Shown piece by piece: positions 13,326-28,000 of a stretch of 64,000 nucleotides of DNA. The translations under genes and the position numbers were made by a program. Positions within the stretch are counted from its first letter, which is position 1, and each line of letters begins with the position of its first letter. Below the pieces are notes generated by a model. The model was not told the DNA's origin. It searched no databases and saw only the letters and a list, made by a program, of their open reading frames with translations. The stretch is from Lingula anatina (Eukaryota; Animalia; Brachiopoda): assembly GCA_051362555.1 (NCBI GenBank), contig CM120644.1:15274534-15338533 (forward strand), given 5' to 3'.

Positions 13326-16300
13326 ATGTCGATGCCAGCGGATTTCGAGTCCTTACAGCCTGAAGGTCAAGCCTTCGTTCGAGACCTAATTGACAAACAG
13401 ATCAGGGGAGACGAAGACTGGACGGTTACCAGGAAGGACGTGTCAGAAGTGATTGCCGAGGCGACAAAAGAGACCGCTTACGACTTCAAGGGAACAAGAG
13501 GAGAGATCATTATTCCGTCACCGCACGTGAAAGGTACGTTTAATGGTGTGATGCTGGCTTTGGCTTTTGGGGCCTGTCTCTCTCTCAAAAAAAAAAAAAA
13601 AAAAAAAAAAAGATTAAGATAAGGATTTAGTGCTCATTTTAAACCAAACTTGCTGTGCATTTTGACCCAGGATAGATCTGTGTAGTTATCTTGTTTAATT
13701 AAACATTGCGTTGAATGTTATAAGATAAAACTTTTCACAATTTTTAATCAGAAAATTGCGCCCGTTGTGTAACAACAAAAGCGTAACTAAACTTTCAGAT
13801 TTATTCTTTATTTTGTAAAAACTTACGTCCGGGCTTAAGTTTTGCAAATCGAGCCCTGTTCGGAAACATTGGCACATTGTCGAGCGTTTTAGTGCAGGAC
13901 GAGGAGCTGACAGATAACACAATTCACTGACTTATTAGCATCTAGGGTATTACACAGGGCCTGTGTCCTCGGCACCCCATAAATGGACCTCCACTGAGAT
14001 GTTTTGATAGGATTTTTTCACGAATTTGTGTATTTGCTGATAACCGGCGCCCCGTGCCTAGACGGGTGCAATTCCAATACCTGACAAAGTTGCCGTACTA
14101 CTGTATATAGGATAACCCTTGCCGTGCTATACGATTTAACTTACAACATAAAATTACAGGTAACGTGCACCTTATTAAGAGCATTACACTTAGGATAAAT
14201 CCCCATTGTCTGCAGAGAAATAGGCTTCACGTTCATGAGGTCTAACGTAAAGATAAAGTTATAAACACTATGCAAACAAAATAACGCTGTTTTCGTCGGA
14301 TAGATTCATATATATTCCACACCAGACGTCATTTTGACCTAGAATATTGTCTTAGACATTACATGGGATCAAAAGCGATATTTTATTCAAGTAAGAATGG
14401 CAAGAATCGTTTGTACTGGTATAAACTTCATAGGGCCTTCCAGCATGGATATAGTCAGATATGCATCACACCAGACATCTCAGCCCCAAAACAGTACTCT
14501 ATACATTGTGCATCGCTAATGAACTAGTGCAATGTCTTATTCAATTTTGAACCTTTACGTCTATAACATGAATCGCTAGTATCGTGTTAATTTCAGAGGG
14601 CCTTCCAGCGTGGGTTTACACCCCGGCCATTTGTCCCAAGAACCCTCCAATCCTAGTGTTTTTTCACGGCGGAGGCTGGGTCATCGGTTCCTTGATCGAT
14701 GCGGATACTTTCGTGAAGATGCTAACTGAGTAAGTCCTTTTTTTTATTTATAGTTTCTATAAACACAGGGCAAATCTATCAAACGATGTTTCTGAAGACG
14801 TCCTTTTTTACAATTTGCTTACTATGAAAGTGTCCCCTTGAAACATGTCTAGGTTACAAAGTAAGTTCGTTTACAATGTGTTATACACAACAAAATCTCT
14901 CCTGAAAATACTTTCGTGAAGATGGTGGCTGAGTTCATCTTTCATAAATTTTTAACTTGGCAAAAAATATTTTCTGAAAATAGTTTAGTGAAGTCCCCGT
15001 ACCTGTACAGAAGCATCTCCCGAAAACGTCTGCATTCGATATCATATAAATTCATTGAGTACTAAATTTATTGTCAGTTACATTTGCTGACACTTTGTTC
15101 TGCATAAACTGTCAAATGTGCATGGCAGGAATAAATAGAACGTTTAGTATTACAAAGCATTCACGAATAATTATGTTGATGGTCATAGTATATCTCGAGT
15201 AATATATGAATTGATACATGATCTCACTTTTCGATCTTTTAAATAGGGATTATACTTATTTTCTGATTTTTTTAAACCTAGTTGTAATTGCAGCCCATTT
15301 ATAAATGGCTGTATGGTCGTCTACCGGTATATGTATAGTTGGCTATTTAACTATAGTAGTACAATTATCTAAGTAAATATCAACTAGTTTTTAAAATCAC
15401 TTTCTTTTAATGAAGTTGGTCAATGATGTTTTACTTCTAGTACCGCCAACTGCATCATAGTGAGCGTAGACTACCGCCTGGCACCAGAGCACAAATATCC
15501 CGCCGCCATTGACGACGCCGAGACTGCCGCTAAATGGATTCTGGGGAACAAGGAATCTGTCGGTAAACAGTTATATGTTGTTGTTAACGATAATGACATT
15601 GGAAACAAGTTACATACTGATAGATGAAAGAATATTAGACACATTGATAGATTAATTCGGTAAATTAAATCATCAAATCTATATGCAATATCGATATCAT
15701 TAACAAAAGATAATAAATATTTATATATAAAAATACGTTTATGGTAGACTTATTACAAAATTATTGCAGTAAATTAGTGAGAAATATTAGTCTACAGATT
15801 ATAAAACGATTCCATGTGTTTTTAAGCATTTAAAGAGAAGTAAAAAAGACGTCTTAGTTTGTCAAAATTTTTCTGCTATAGGCGGCAGCACGGTCAGTAA
15901 GGTTGGTGTCATAGGTGACAGCGCGGGAGGACATCTATCGGCCTGTGTGTCACATGATGTCCCAGGAATAGCATTTCAGGTAAAATGATGTTTTCAACTT
16001 ATATAATATATTCAATATATATTGAATTGTATTTCTGGTATTTTGACCATTGGAAGTGTTTGAATAAACCTCAATTAAAAAACTAGACACATTTACCGGT
16101 ATATGCCTGAAAACTAAATTGTTTTCTAAAAAGCATAGAAAACAAAGGGGGCTCGTCTTTAATTAAAAGATTAAAAGATTACGAAAAAATAAATAAAGAA
16201 AGAAAATGAAAAAAAATCCTACTTCCTTGAATTCAAGTACAAATATGCAATATACACAACAACGCAGGCATTTCATCGTGTTTTCTCGTCTGACAAAATG

Positions 16301-17553
16301 TGAAACAAACTACATGTACAATATCGAAGTTTTACTGACTTAATTTGCTTCACGAATCGCCTGACAGTCTCAGTTTTAAGGCTTTAAAGATACTGGGACA
16401 CTGTATTTACATGTCCTATCCCAGGTGCTCATCTATCCGGTGACGGATATGCGGATTGACACCCGGGAGTCGTACAAACGCTATGCGGAGGGCTATGTTC
16501 TTACCACTGAGTCTATGTACTGGTAAGTACGAGCAGTAAACTTAAACTCTAGGGTTAACTGATACCTGAGGCAGTTCCATCGAGCTACAGCGTCTTTGCG
16601 GTTCCTTTCTTTATATCCACTGAGCCTTTTGTTTTGGTCTTGTTTTCAAGGTTTGTAAATCACTTCCTCCACAACGAGGCTGAGAGGTCGGATCCACGTG
16701 CATCTCCAGTTCTCCGGTCAAAGTTTGACCATCTTCCACCAGCCTTGTACGTCGCCGCTACCCATGATGTCTTGTTTGACGAAGGGATGGGTAAATTTTA
16801 TCCACTTTCTAATTAATTATTTAATAAATATATTAATTAATTCGCTTTGTTGAAATATTCATTTTTATTTAGCTTTATATCTACCGTAGTTATTTTTAAT
16901 TAAAATTCTTAGGTAAGTTGAGTATTTTGATGCTTATTTAGTGATGCATCTATCTTTGATTTTATCTTTATTTTTCTGTTCCATGTTATTTTAAAGGCAC
17001 AAAGGGCATTTTCTTTCCGATCGAAGCCAAGATATTTAAATAAACTCTACGAAGATGCTGAACATTACATTTGAATTTACAGAAGCTGCCAATTAACGTA
17101 TCTATTTTTATATAATACCGAAGTAACGCCATATCTTTGTCTTTTAGAATATGCCCAAAAACTGAAAGAAGCGGGTGTTACGATTGAAACCCTTATGTTA
17201 GAGGGCATTACCCACTGTTCAATAAATTTCCCAAGTAAGTTATTTTTATGTCCCTATACTCTTCAGTACTCTTTAGTATGGCATTTCAGCATTTAAATTC
17301 ACTTAGAATTGTGATAGACACCAATCCATTATGATAACCTTTATCATTCTTATTGCTATTATTGTTAACTTCGTTATTGTTAGTTTCCATTAGATATTTA
17401 ATCCTCACCCGTCCAGACTTTCGGATGCACACGCCTCTATATCTTGTACTACGTCTTACAGTGCCTATTTCTTGTTTTTCAGATTATTACAAAGAGACGG
17501 ATGCCATGACATGCAGGAAGATCGCAGAGTTCGTAAGAAAGCATTCTGAATAA
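13326..17553 (+). CDS. HSL-family carboxylesterase, tandem copy 3, 8 exons, 318 aa
   Basis: Exons 13326-13533, 14597-14729, 15441-15562, 15882-15979, 16425-16522, 16651-16790, 17148-17234, 17483-17553. All GT-AG with the same lengths as copy 1. Motifs [26 protein letters not shown]. Confidence 0.93.
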
Positions 17554-18600
17554 ACATCCGCCGTTCCAGGATAAATCATGAGAAGCAAGGTGTGGTCATA
17601 TATGAGTATTTACTGCAAGATAGGATACACTGGTAACTAACAGCGACGTATATCGTTTGATTATAGTGGAGTATTAGTTATACATGCATATGCCTTCGAT
17701 ACCCAATATTTAAATCCGGCAACATTATGCCGATTAGTCCGTAGGGTTTATAGATTGTGATTTTCTGAATGGTTTTAGAAAAAGTTTTACTTTGGTGATT
17801 TTTAATCAAATTATGTAAAATTAACACGTTTGATGTAACACGACTTTGTTTTCAATTCAGTTCAGGCAAGGTTTAGGTATGTTCCCTGAGGTCTTTCCTT
17901 ATTTTGTAATTATTCAGTATCAAGGGCTTAAACTTTCTTGGTCGGACTGGAAAATATTTGTTTGTTTGTTTATAAAAGCAATGTGGCTAATCTTCATGTG
18001 TAGACAATGCACATAGAAAAAAATTATGAGTGATATATCAACTGTTTTTAAATTACGGTTAATATGCAGTTTACATGAGCTGTAGAGATATAACAATATA
18101 CGATGAAGTGATTCAATTCAAATTAATTTTTTTCAAAATACAAATAATTATGCAAACTCATCAGGAAGATGTGACATATGTATCTCTACAGGTGAAAACA
18201 ACTTTGATCTGCTTATGATAGATTTTAAAATATTTAATTATCCATCTAGAAAATACTGTTCAAATAAAATGAAAAGATGACACATGACAAACCACCAAAT
18301 AAACAAGCTGTCGGTAGTTGATAATGCTTTGAATGCATAGTAATGACTTCCCAGTTCCACAGTTAGCATACATTATATCAATACGAAATGATTTAGTTCC
18401 TCAGCAAATAGCAAAAATGAAGGCCTGCCGCAAGTGTCCAGGAATTTTATCGTGCAAACGCGAACAAGTTGCTAACTTCTGATGCTCCTGTAAATATGCA
18501 ACAATGCAGCGTTTCTTTGCAAGCCCCTGAAAACATCTTTTAAAAGAATGTTCGCCGCAAACTAAATAGTTTCCATTTGCCACGGATGTCAAAACGTTGC

Positions 18601-21600
18601 TCAAAGCTTAGGGTTTGTTGCGCACTTCCTTCGAAATTCCTGCCCTGCAGAGTGAATCCACTTGTTGCACACTGAAAAAGCAACGGTCAGTTATTGATCA
18701 ACTGCTTCGTCTATGCTTACACAATGACAACACGGTGTCAAATAACTTCAAGCGCTGTGATATTGAAACTCAATCATAAAAAAGACAACGTTTCTCTGTG
18801 ACTTTATCTGATAGTGAAATGAAGAATGCATTTATCATTTTATATTTCCGTAAGTGTACAAAAATACATTAAATCAAAATCGGAATTAATAAAATACGCA
18901 AGTGCATGTAATCGATTAAAAGAAGGTGCGCCCCTTTTTTTATCAGAAATGCACACCGTCAGGAGTACGTCTATGTATAGATAGTTCATGTTATGCACAT
19001 ACCCCATTTTGATCCCGATAACACTGGGCATGCTGCGTGCCTCGTGCGGTAATCTCCAATACCGCTTTGTCTGAGGTTGTACCAGAACACAGCGGAAGCC
19101 TGAAAATACAATAACACGTCATACATTTATGAAGTTAAAATACTTTGACTGGCGCTGTCTTCGTCCCGATCGTCAATTATAGAATAACCGCCTCGCTGAC
19201 TATGGTTTTACTGTCATTACATTTCGGATTTTAAAATGTCTTTCAAAAAAGATCTTACCTTTTCCGGTAACACTTGAACCCCAAGTCTTGTGAATACCGT
19301 CGCTCCTCCTGCTTCGACATCTGACATCTAAATACAATGATTATTTTAATATTTATTATATAGATCATTACATTAAAATAAAGGAACACTATTTTTAGGA
19401 AAACATCCATCGATATTGCCCACTAAGAAATCAGTTACAGCGTTAATCATTATGAACTTTTTAAAAAAGTGAAATCCAATGTTAGGCAAATGCGCCCAAG
19501 TCAATTGAACTTACGTAAATCAGCACGGTGGCTATTCTATTCCCCATCTCCCCGAAGATATCTGGTTCGCTTTTCTGAAATAAAAAAGAATCTGTCTGCA
19601 TTAAAAAAAATCATTTTGTACATTAGGTGTAAGCATTTTCTTCAAATCTCACATATTTAAAAAGCACTAAAGCCTAAAGCTCTAATTATTATCCAATACA
19701 TGATATAATATGGTCTTTTAAGGACGCCCTCTCATATTTCAGATTTCATATTTCTGCCCTAGCGATTTTGATTAAAATTGTAAGACAAAATCTTCTAACC
19801 ATATGAGTAAAAAATATGAAAAAAAAAATTGGGGGTCCCCACGCTCGTTTTCCAGAGGTGGCGTCCCGAAAAACGCTACGTTTATTACATTGCGTTATAT
19901 GGGGATTTTGCCAAAATGCCCTTAATTTTGCTGAAAAATGCAAAAATAAAAAATTCTGCCCTAGCGATTTTAATTTTATGTGGATATGTTATAGATCTTG
20001 GTAGACCTCAAAGAAATTTACAAAAAAATATGTACCACACCACGCTTGTTTTTGAGCCAGGGCTGCTTGAGCATCGATTTTTTATCAAATTTACATAGGA
20101 ATCAATGGGAATTTACTAGCAAATTAAGATAAATATATTTGTATCATTAGTTTTATAACTCATACACTTATTATGTTTCCATGAAAATTATATTTATACT
20201 TCTCTGCATCAGTTAACCAAATTTCATAAAATTTGCATATCCCATTCATAATAAATAGATAATCAAATGTTGAAAGTATCAGTTGGATTTCAGTATGCCT
20301 CATGGAATGCCGCCATATTGGATTTTTCATAGGCAGATTGACCAAAAGCATATTATATCAATCTCATGTGACTTATTTTCTTATTCCTTTTTATTTTTAT
20401 TTCTTTTGTTTCTTTATTTTTCTTACTCAGCACTAAAATATGCACTTTATGGTGAGATAACTGGATAAATTGTTTCCTTTGTATATTAACAATGTATCAA
20501 TTTCTTACTATGGTAAGTTAGTCATATTTCTTCTCTATACATATGGAAGATGGTGACAAAAATATTCATCTACAGACATCTTTGATTATCAGTTTATTTC
20601 TGTTTCATATTATGTTTACAACATGTAATCAAATACATATCAATAGCATATAAATATGCATATTAATTTTAAAATTAAAAAAATCATACAATTTTTATTA
20701 CTTTTATGCATTTTGTTACTCGTGGTTTTTTTGTGTTTGGATTGATTTCACTGAGAAGAAAATAAAGACCATCTAGACTTTCTCTTTGAAGAGCAATTAC
20801 TAATTCTGATATGTTAACCCTTACAGCTTTATCTTTTTTCCTACACATGGAGAAATTATTTTTTTACAAACAAGGTTTTCTACAGAATTTGGTAAAGGTT
20901 TCACACAGGATTGAGTCAGTTGACTGGGATAAAATAAAAAAATCAGAAAAAAAGGATTTTCTTCACTTTCATCATTGCAAAAATTTACTAAGTTTTGTAA
21001 CTCAAGACTATCTTCTAATGCATTATGGGCGGAATAATTTCTGTGAAGTAATAAATTTACAAACTAAAGTCGATCAGCTAGATCTCTTGTTTATGATTGG
21101 GTAAATTAGGATAAAGTTGGAATAAAGTACACTTTATCTTCTAAAATATACTGTTTATTTTCCTAGCATCAAAAAAGTATCACATGTATCTGCATAAAAA
21201 CCCTTGGTCCTCTGTTGTGTGTTTTATGGTTTTGTCCATTTGCACTTTAACAAAACCATTACAAGAATGACGTCGCAGCACGCCAGGCGGGTGCACACCT
21301 GTTGCATCTTTCCTGGAGAGCTGAAAATCGCACTGTTTGCAGGTCATATTGTTCAATAACATACTTAAATCAACAACAAAACGCCATGCGTCTAATTATT
21401 TTAACTTATTGTGAAAGAAGATAATTGTTTTCAGCATACAAATCACGGTAACTTGGCCCTGGGTGATCGGAAACCAATGCTGAAGAAGACAATGTCTTGT
21501 TGCACACATCGTAACCATGTGACAAATCACCACAATACACTTTGTGGTTAAAATGCAAACCATTGTGATTACTTTCCGTGAGATAAGATCTTGTCACTGC

Positions 21601-23696
21601 TATACAAGCCTTACTAAAACGCTCTTTTCCATCCCGTCTTCACGTAATTTCTTACATTGCGGCATTTGTAAACAAAGTCGCAAGTGGGTACTTTACGTCG
21701 TAAAAGACCAAGCGTTCACAGATACGCAACGCATTGTTGACACATTCGTAGCGCTTCGACCAAAATAACATCAAAGATTTCATACTGATTTCTTAAAAGG
21801 GTGAATTACGTATTTTATTGCATGTTATATGTTTATCATTAGCCACTATCGCAAAAAACTACTCATGCGCGAAATCTGCGCAGATCGCAAAAAAAGCTAA
21901 TATGAGAGGACGTCCTTAAATAAATTGATTACCCATTTTTCAAGGGTCAACGGTAAAACTGTCCATCAAATGATATGGGCGGTTATATATTTGACTCTCA
22001 AACATGAAAAGTAATACTGTGCTATTATTACTACTGTACATAAAAATGATTTATAAATGGATCTAGAAGATTGCAGTAATCACTTACCCTGCCGAAATCG
22101 TAATGTGGTTCATACTGCCCTCCCATGCCGTAGTTATTGACCTGTGTATAAATTGGAAAATTTTTGATGCACGAAGAGTTAGGAATTTTTACTTTTAGTA
22201 GAGAAAGCATACTTATAAGTTATGAGATGGTTATTTAGAAGATCGTAGCCCACTGCTATAAAGGGTTTTATAAGTTTTATATATATAATCCTTTTTTATG
22301 TGTCTTATTGATAAGTAATTATTTTAAAGAACTTTTATGAATTTTAAATGTAGAATCACAGGTTTTAGCCTTCAATAACCCTTTGTTAGGTTGCTTTATT
22401 TTTATAAACGTGAGACGTTAACAGAATTTTAATAATTATTATTATTGCTATAAATGTGTTAGGTGTGACGATAAGCATTCATTGTGACAGTTGTGACACA
22501 CGCTAAAACTTACCTGAAGCTGTTCAGCAAGCGTCATATCTAGACCACTGACGTCCGCAATACGCCTGTCAATACGCGCCAAGACGGGGTCGAGGGAGCC
22601 ATCGAGGAAAACGCTGCCATTATATCAGGAATATAGAAGAAATCAAAAAATCAAATCATCTACATGTAAGTGGTGTTACGGGAAAACTGCCTTATCATCT
22701 GTGCGATGCACTCAGTAATTACACCAGCTGTGATATGCACTCCGTCACAATTTAACAATCTAACGATTCAACGACCTGCTTTTATATAAAAAAGAGAGAG
22801 GGACAGTCAAATTAAATCAGTAGGACTGTATCTAGTAATACATCAATTAGTACCAAGGCCATGCGACAAATAAGGATAAATTAGATTTGTAAGTTGTGAC
22901 AAGCTCAGTATTTTTCCAGTGAAATTGACCTTAATCGGGAACATGTCAGAATATACATGTAGTATGCATTACTAGGTTTTATTTATGTATTTAATAATTA
23001 TATTGGCATTCTGTCTACGTACCTTTTGCTGACCCTGTACTCGACATACTCGTGTTCCCCCGTCACTGGGTTGTGAACTGTCGCTCTGTTAAGCTTGAAA
23101 AACATTATGTACGTGTTATTTAAAATACATGTCTTTCTGAAATCTACTAGTATGTTTGATTTTCAAAATGATTTTCTTAATTTCTTTACAAAAGAAGCAT
23201 AACAACTCCACGCTCAGTTTAATTATCTTTTTATTCTATTTTATGTAGGCTTGTACTTACCCTTGGCGTTGCGATTTCTTTCACTCTCTCAGTCTCAAAC
23301 TCCGTCATAATGTCATGCCACTTGACAATCAAGGGTTTCAGATTTAAGACCTCCAGTTTGATGGGTCTGAGGAGAAGATTGGCATTCTTGTTGTCCTCGT
23401 ATCTACATGTCAACTTTCTGGCGCTTTTTGAACGCTGTAATATGATGACATGGAGTTTAGTGGTTTGAATATCTTTTATCAGTTACAGTAAATGGGCGTG
23501 AGTGCGTGCTTTTATGAGTAAAGGAGTGAGCACTGAGCAAGTAAACGGTTTATTTGTTTATTTATTTTTTATTTATTTATTTAGTGGTCAGAACCAGAGG
23601 TTGAGCGGGTTTATCTCAGAACGCACCATAGTTGTATTGAATAGAACTGCTAAAGACACCGGACTACATACATCGTTACTTGAAAGCTTTTAGTAT

Positions 23697-23742
<46 letters not shown>

Positions 23743-24303
23743 GTCTAATATGCACTCTCTCACTTACTGGTTTCGTTTCCTCTCCTCTGCACAGCTTCTC
23801 GTAGGCATCGTACTCCTCGTCGCGATATCCCCTTATCGGCCTCTTATTGTCAATGCCCTTCGCCTTCTCACCGTCCACGTCTTCGGCCAGTTTTCTTATT
23901 AGGAACTGGTGGTTGTTCTTTACTTTCTCGTCATTTGGGTCTGAAAAGAGTACAATATCATATCACTGGGTACGCGCATGCAATGTGATTTCGTATATCT
24001 ATGCTTTGCCGTGGATAATTATACGTGTTTGGATATTTCAGGACAGATCGACCGAAGGCAACAAAGTGATATAATTAAAACTGTATATACAGAGACATAT
24101 GCAGGAAATTTGAAGCAGATAGCCATAGGCTAATGTACTGTACGTAGGGCCTAATGATTAAATCGTTGCACATGTAATTTTCACTTACCGATCTCTAGCA
24201 TTTCCTTGGTGATATTAAAAGCATGTTGGACATTGCCTTGCTGAAATTAGATTATTTACAGCTTTAGTACAGTTTCATCCTCTCTCTCATTCTCTCTCTC
24301 TCG

Positions 24304-24373
<70 letters not shown>

Positions 24374-26364
24374 TTCCAGTCGGTACATCTAATAATTTTA
24401 GTTTTCATTTTTCACAAAAACGGATAGGTGTGTCTACTTTTTGGGGTGCAGTTAACCCAAGCCCCTCAAACGAATCGAGTTAAGATTTAAGTTTTATAAG
24501 GAATATTATTATAACATTCAGAATGGTTTTTGTGCCAGATAACCACTGAATCTACCTTCAACACACAACACTCATGTTTTCACTTACATTATATGTTGCG
24601 AAAGCTAAATAATCCAATACGAGGTAACGAGACACGGATGAGTTGTTTTCTTTCTCCAGACGTCGGAGAGCCTCCTGCATCCAGAGAAGGCAGTGGTAAT
24701 TGTCGCCCTCGTCGTACGCGTACTTGCCCAAATTGAAACAATCCGTTGCTATGAATGGGAGCATACATATTTTGTTGTTAGGAAAACAAATATTTAATCA
24801 GAGAATTGGAGTATAAGTAAAGTATTTGCCCTGCCTAGTAATGACTTAAGTATTTTAAAAATTACTATTCATAATACATTTTTTTTTCAAATGAACAGTT
24901 TCGTCTCCCCCTTAAAATCGTGCTCTAAACAGCGCCACTGATTAAAATTAGGTCATTTCAATTTAATAGATAAAACATAATCAAATTCTACCTGTAAGTC
25001 CAGGAGACCTTTTCACGCCATGCAGAACCCCGTCTGCAATGTCTGATGTATTGAGCTGGTACGTGTCTTGTAGCCTCAGGAGGGCAGCTGCGGCGCCTTC
25101 GAGGTCGGACACCTTTGGGAGCCGACCCTCTTCTCGAACTTGTTCGAATTTGGACATCAGAGTTTTTACTGTAAAACATCAGTTCATGTATATACTTAGA
25201 GGTGATAGAGGGTAAATATGGGTAGGTACATGAATGAGTAATCAATTTATGTGCATATAAATAAATATACATACAAATACCGGTAGGCCTACATGAAAAT
25301 AAAGACAAAAAGAAATGAAACAACAAATAAATATAGGAGCAAACAAACGAAGAAAAAGTACCTGGGACTTAACGTATAATATACCACCGTAAACAAATGG
25401 TTTTGTTTTGTTCAGATTTATGGGTTACCAACGTTCCAATTGTAATTTTAAAAAAGCACTTTAAAGTGTGTCAAATTGAGGGGGGAAACTTCTAGTTAAA
25501 TGAAAAGACTTCCATTAGACATGCCTATAAGGACAACTCAAAGTCCATAATATAACAACGAGCAGGGAAAAACTTCATAAACGCTCGTCCACATGCCACT
25601 GAACAATGGAGATATACGCATAAGCGGTAATTGGTGACACACACGCACATATAAATGAATTATTACGTGTAGACTACATTGTAATTCATCAAGGATGCCA
25701 TTTTCAAAGAAAGCATTCTAATTTTCATCTGTAAACAACTTAAAGAGACATTGTTTTTAAATTTGTGATTGTTTTTACCATTTATTTTAATACTTCAACA
25801 ACGTATCGTGCATTGCATAAATATACATATGGTTGTCGAGCTCATTTCTTACGTCTACGGAAAGTCAAAACAAACTTCAAACGTTTCATGGTCTTTTTCA
25901 CGAACATGACAACAATATAATGCTTAAAGGTGCTAATTGCAAAAATTCATAGTCTTGTGACACTTTTCATATATCAGAATGTATTGCATATTCCTGATTA
26001 TTCTAAATTGATATCTTTCATAATTTTTCTTAAATTTTACCTTTGACATATTGACATTCACTTACCGGGAACCATCTTTCATATAGCCGAAAGGTTTAAA
26101 TACAAATTATTATTCAACTTTAAAATATTTATCAATATTTATCAAAAATTATTCAGTGAACTGTACCTTCGCTGTTTTCATTTTCTAGGGACGCCCTTAA
26201 ACCGTCCCAGTCTACCGTGAAGCGTTTCATGAAGAGGTAAGCGTTCACAGGGTTCCCCATAAACTTCTCGCTATTTGCCAGGGCCTCCTCACTGTGCTTT
26301 TCATATTCATCAGCGACTCTAAAATAAATAAATGAACAGATAAATAAGTAAATAAATGAACAGA

Positions 26365-26404
<40 letters not shown>

Positions 26405-28000
26405 GTTCAAGGACTCAACTTAATAGTGGTAAAATGTTTACTGGAATTAGGTCAAAAATGTTATTAAAGCTATCACGTCCAACCTGTATTTAAGAGGCTA
26501 AACACGCTACTGACTTTTCTGTGACTAGTGCTACTTCTAAGATTTATGATGATGATATCTTAATGCATAATCTTGAATTGTCTTTATTTTCTACCGACCT
26601 GGCATAAAGCTACATGTATGAATGACACTTGGTATAGGATAAAAGCAATGATTAGTTGTCATTTATTTTAAAGCAGTAGATAGTCTATTACCTCATTCAA
26701 AACCTGTCGCATTAGGAAAAATTCATTAGGTAAAATTTTATTGCATGGAAAAAACAATTATTTTCTTAAACTGGATTACGATTGGCTTTGAAACCGCCAA
26801 ATAAACATAAAGAAACGAGTCCATTATTTATTCGAAATACACTTGAACACGTACATGTATAGCCATGCGCCATTCTGCCCAGGACCATGATTACTAGAAT
26901 AATCTGATCCTTGACCCCCACCCACCCCACCTCCACCCCCATGCGGTGTATGATCCTTGCTCTTACTCCTGACCTTTGGAAATTTAACTTTGGTCCTTTG
27001 TATATACCTATTTTGGTCCTACAGTACTATAAATTATTTGATCTCCATTTGAGATAACGAGTCATCATGGTAAGTAATGTTGCTAATCATGTTATTGACA
27101 AATAAATAATACAAGAAAAACAAAAATTTGGCAAAGACATTGTGAAAATGTAGGATAAACAGGCCCGTAGCCGGGGGGGGGGGGGGGGGGGGGGTTCGGG
27201 GTGTTTGAAAGAACCACCCCTTTTGCTGGGAAAAGGCCTACTCTGGGTAAAATTTGATCTAGGTACATAAAGTTTTTATGGAAAAGGTTCCACCTTTTCA
27301 GAAAAAGAACCACCCTTTTAAAATTGCTGGCTACGGGCCTGATAAATGATATTGTGTTTGCCAATTTTCTTCCCTAAATTACACTCTACACGTATTGTTT
27401 TATTTGCGGAGCCATTATATTTGTGGGTACGTTGACCTCATTGTACTGTGAATACATGTAACTGTAGACTACAGAGATTTGGAATATACAGTCTGAAATG
27501 TAGGCCTACATACGGCGCATATGCCCACGTGCAATGTTGTACATGTTAGGTTAAAGTCAATATACTTTCAAGAGGGGTGTGAACATTTTGTTAACATGTT
27601 GTTGTACTTCATAAATCCATTTCAGTGAGGTAGATTTGGAATATTAGGTCAAAGGTCAAAAAACATTTATTTGTTTGGACTTTTGTCGCGTTGTCTTCCA
27701 ATTGACAAAAATCATCCCCTAAGAACCTCGTTATAAATTAATTCACATTAGTGTAATGTCGACAAGAACGAGGCTCTTCTTTTAGAGCCACGTTGATACC
27801 TTTTTTATCGACACTCACCTGGAGAGTGCATCCAACATTGTCTTTTGATTCTGAACATAGTTCCTTATATCGCCCGCCAGCTCCTTCTCCGCAAGGAGAG
27901 ATCTCTCAAGATGGATAATCGATGAATAAACTTCGCCCCGTACGGAAGAAATGGCGAATACCGAGAGAAAGATCCCGAAGCAGAATGCTACCTTCTCCAT
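18601..28000 (-). CDS. P4HA: Collagen prolyl 4-hydroxylase alpha subunit, 14 exons, ~530 aa
   Basis: Exons 28000-27819, 26318-26167, 25168-24992, 24748-24588, 24240-24189, 23940-23768, 23434-23261, 23093-23023, 22613-22514, 22141-22088, 19574-19515, 19327-19259, 19099-19003, 18671-18601 (1593 nt, in phase). Signal peptide, then motifs NPVNAY, GAAAALLRLQDTY, YEKLCRGE, YEPHYD (HxD), GNRIAT, MSDVEAGGATVF, TRHAACPV, KWVCNKWIH. Paralog number is not assignable. Confidence 0.96.
19722..21915. mobile_element. ~2.2 kb TIR DNA transposon with TTAA target duplication (Kolobok-like), non-autonomous or decayed
   Basis: TTAA-GGACGCCCTCTCATATT ... AATATGAGAGGACGTCC-TTAA inside P4HA intron 10. RR..YY termini with TTAA fit Kolobok rather than the CCY termini of piggyBac. 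No intact transposase ORF. Confidence 0.75.
24280..24370. repeat. Compound (CT)n(CA)n microsatellite
   Basis: Directly visible in a P4HA intron. Confidence 0.9.
27160..27341. mobile_element. MITE with perfect 13-bp TIR and 5-bp TSD
   Basis: ATAAA-CAGGCCCGTAGCC ... GGCTACGGGCCTG-ATAAA, with an internal poly-G run. Confidence 0.85.
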
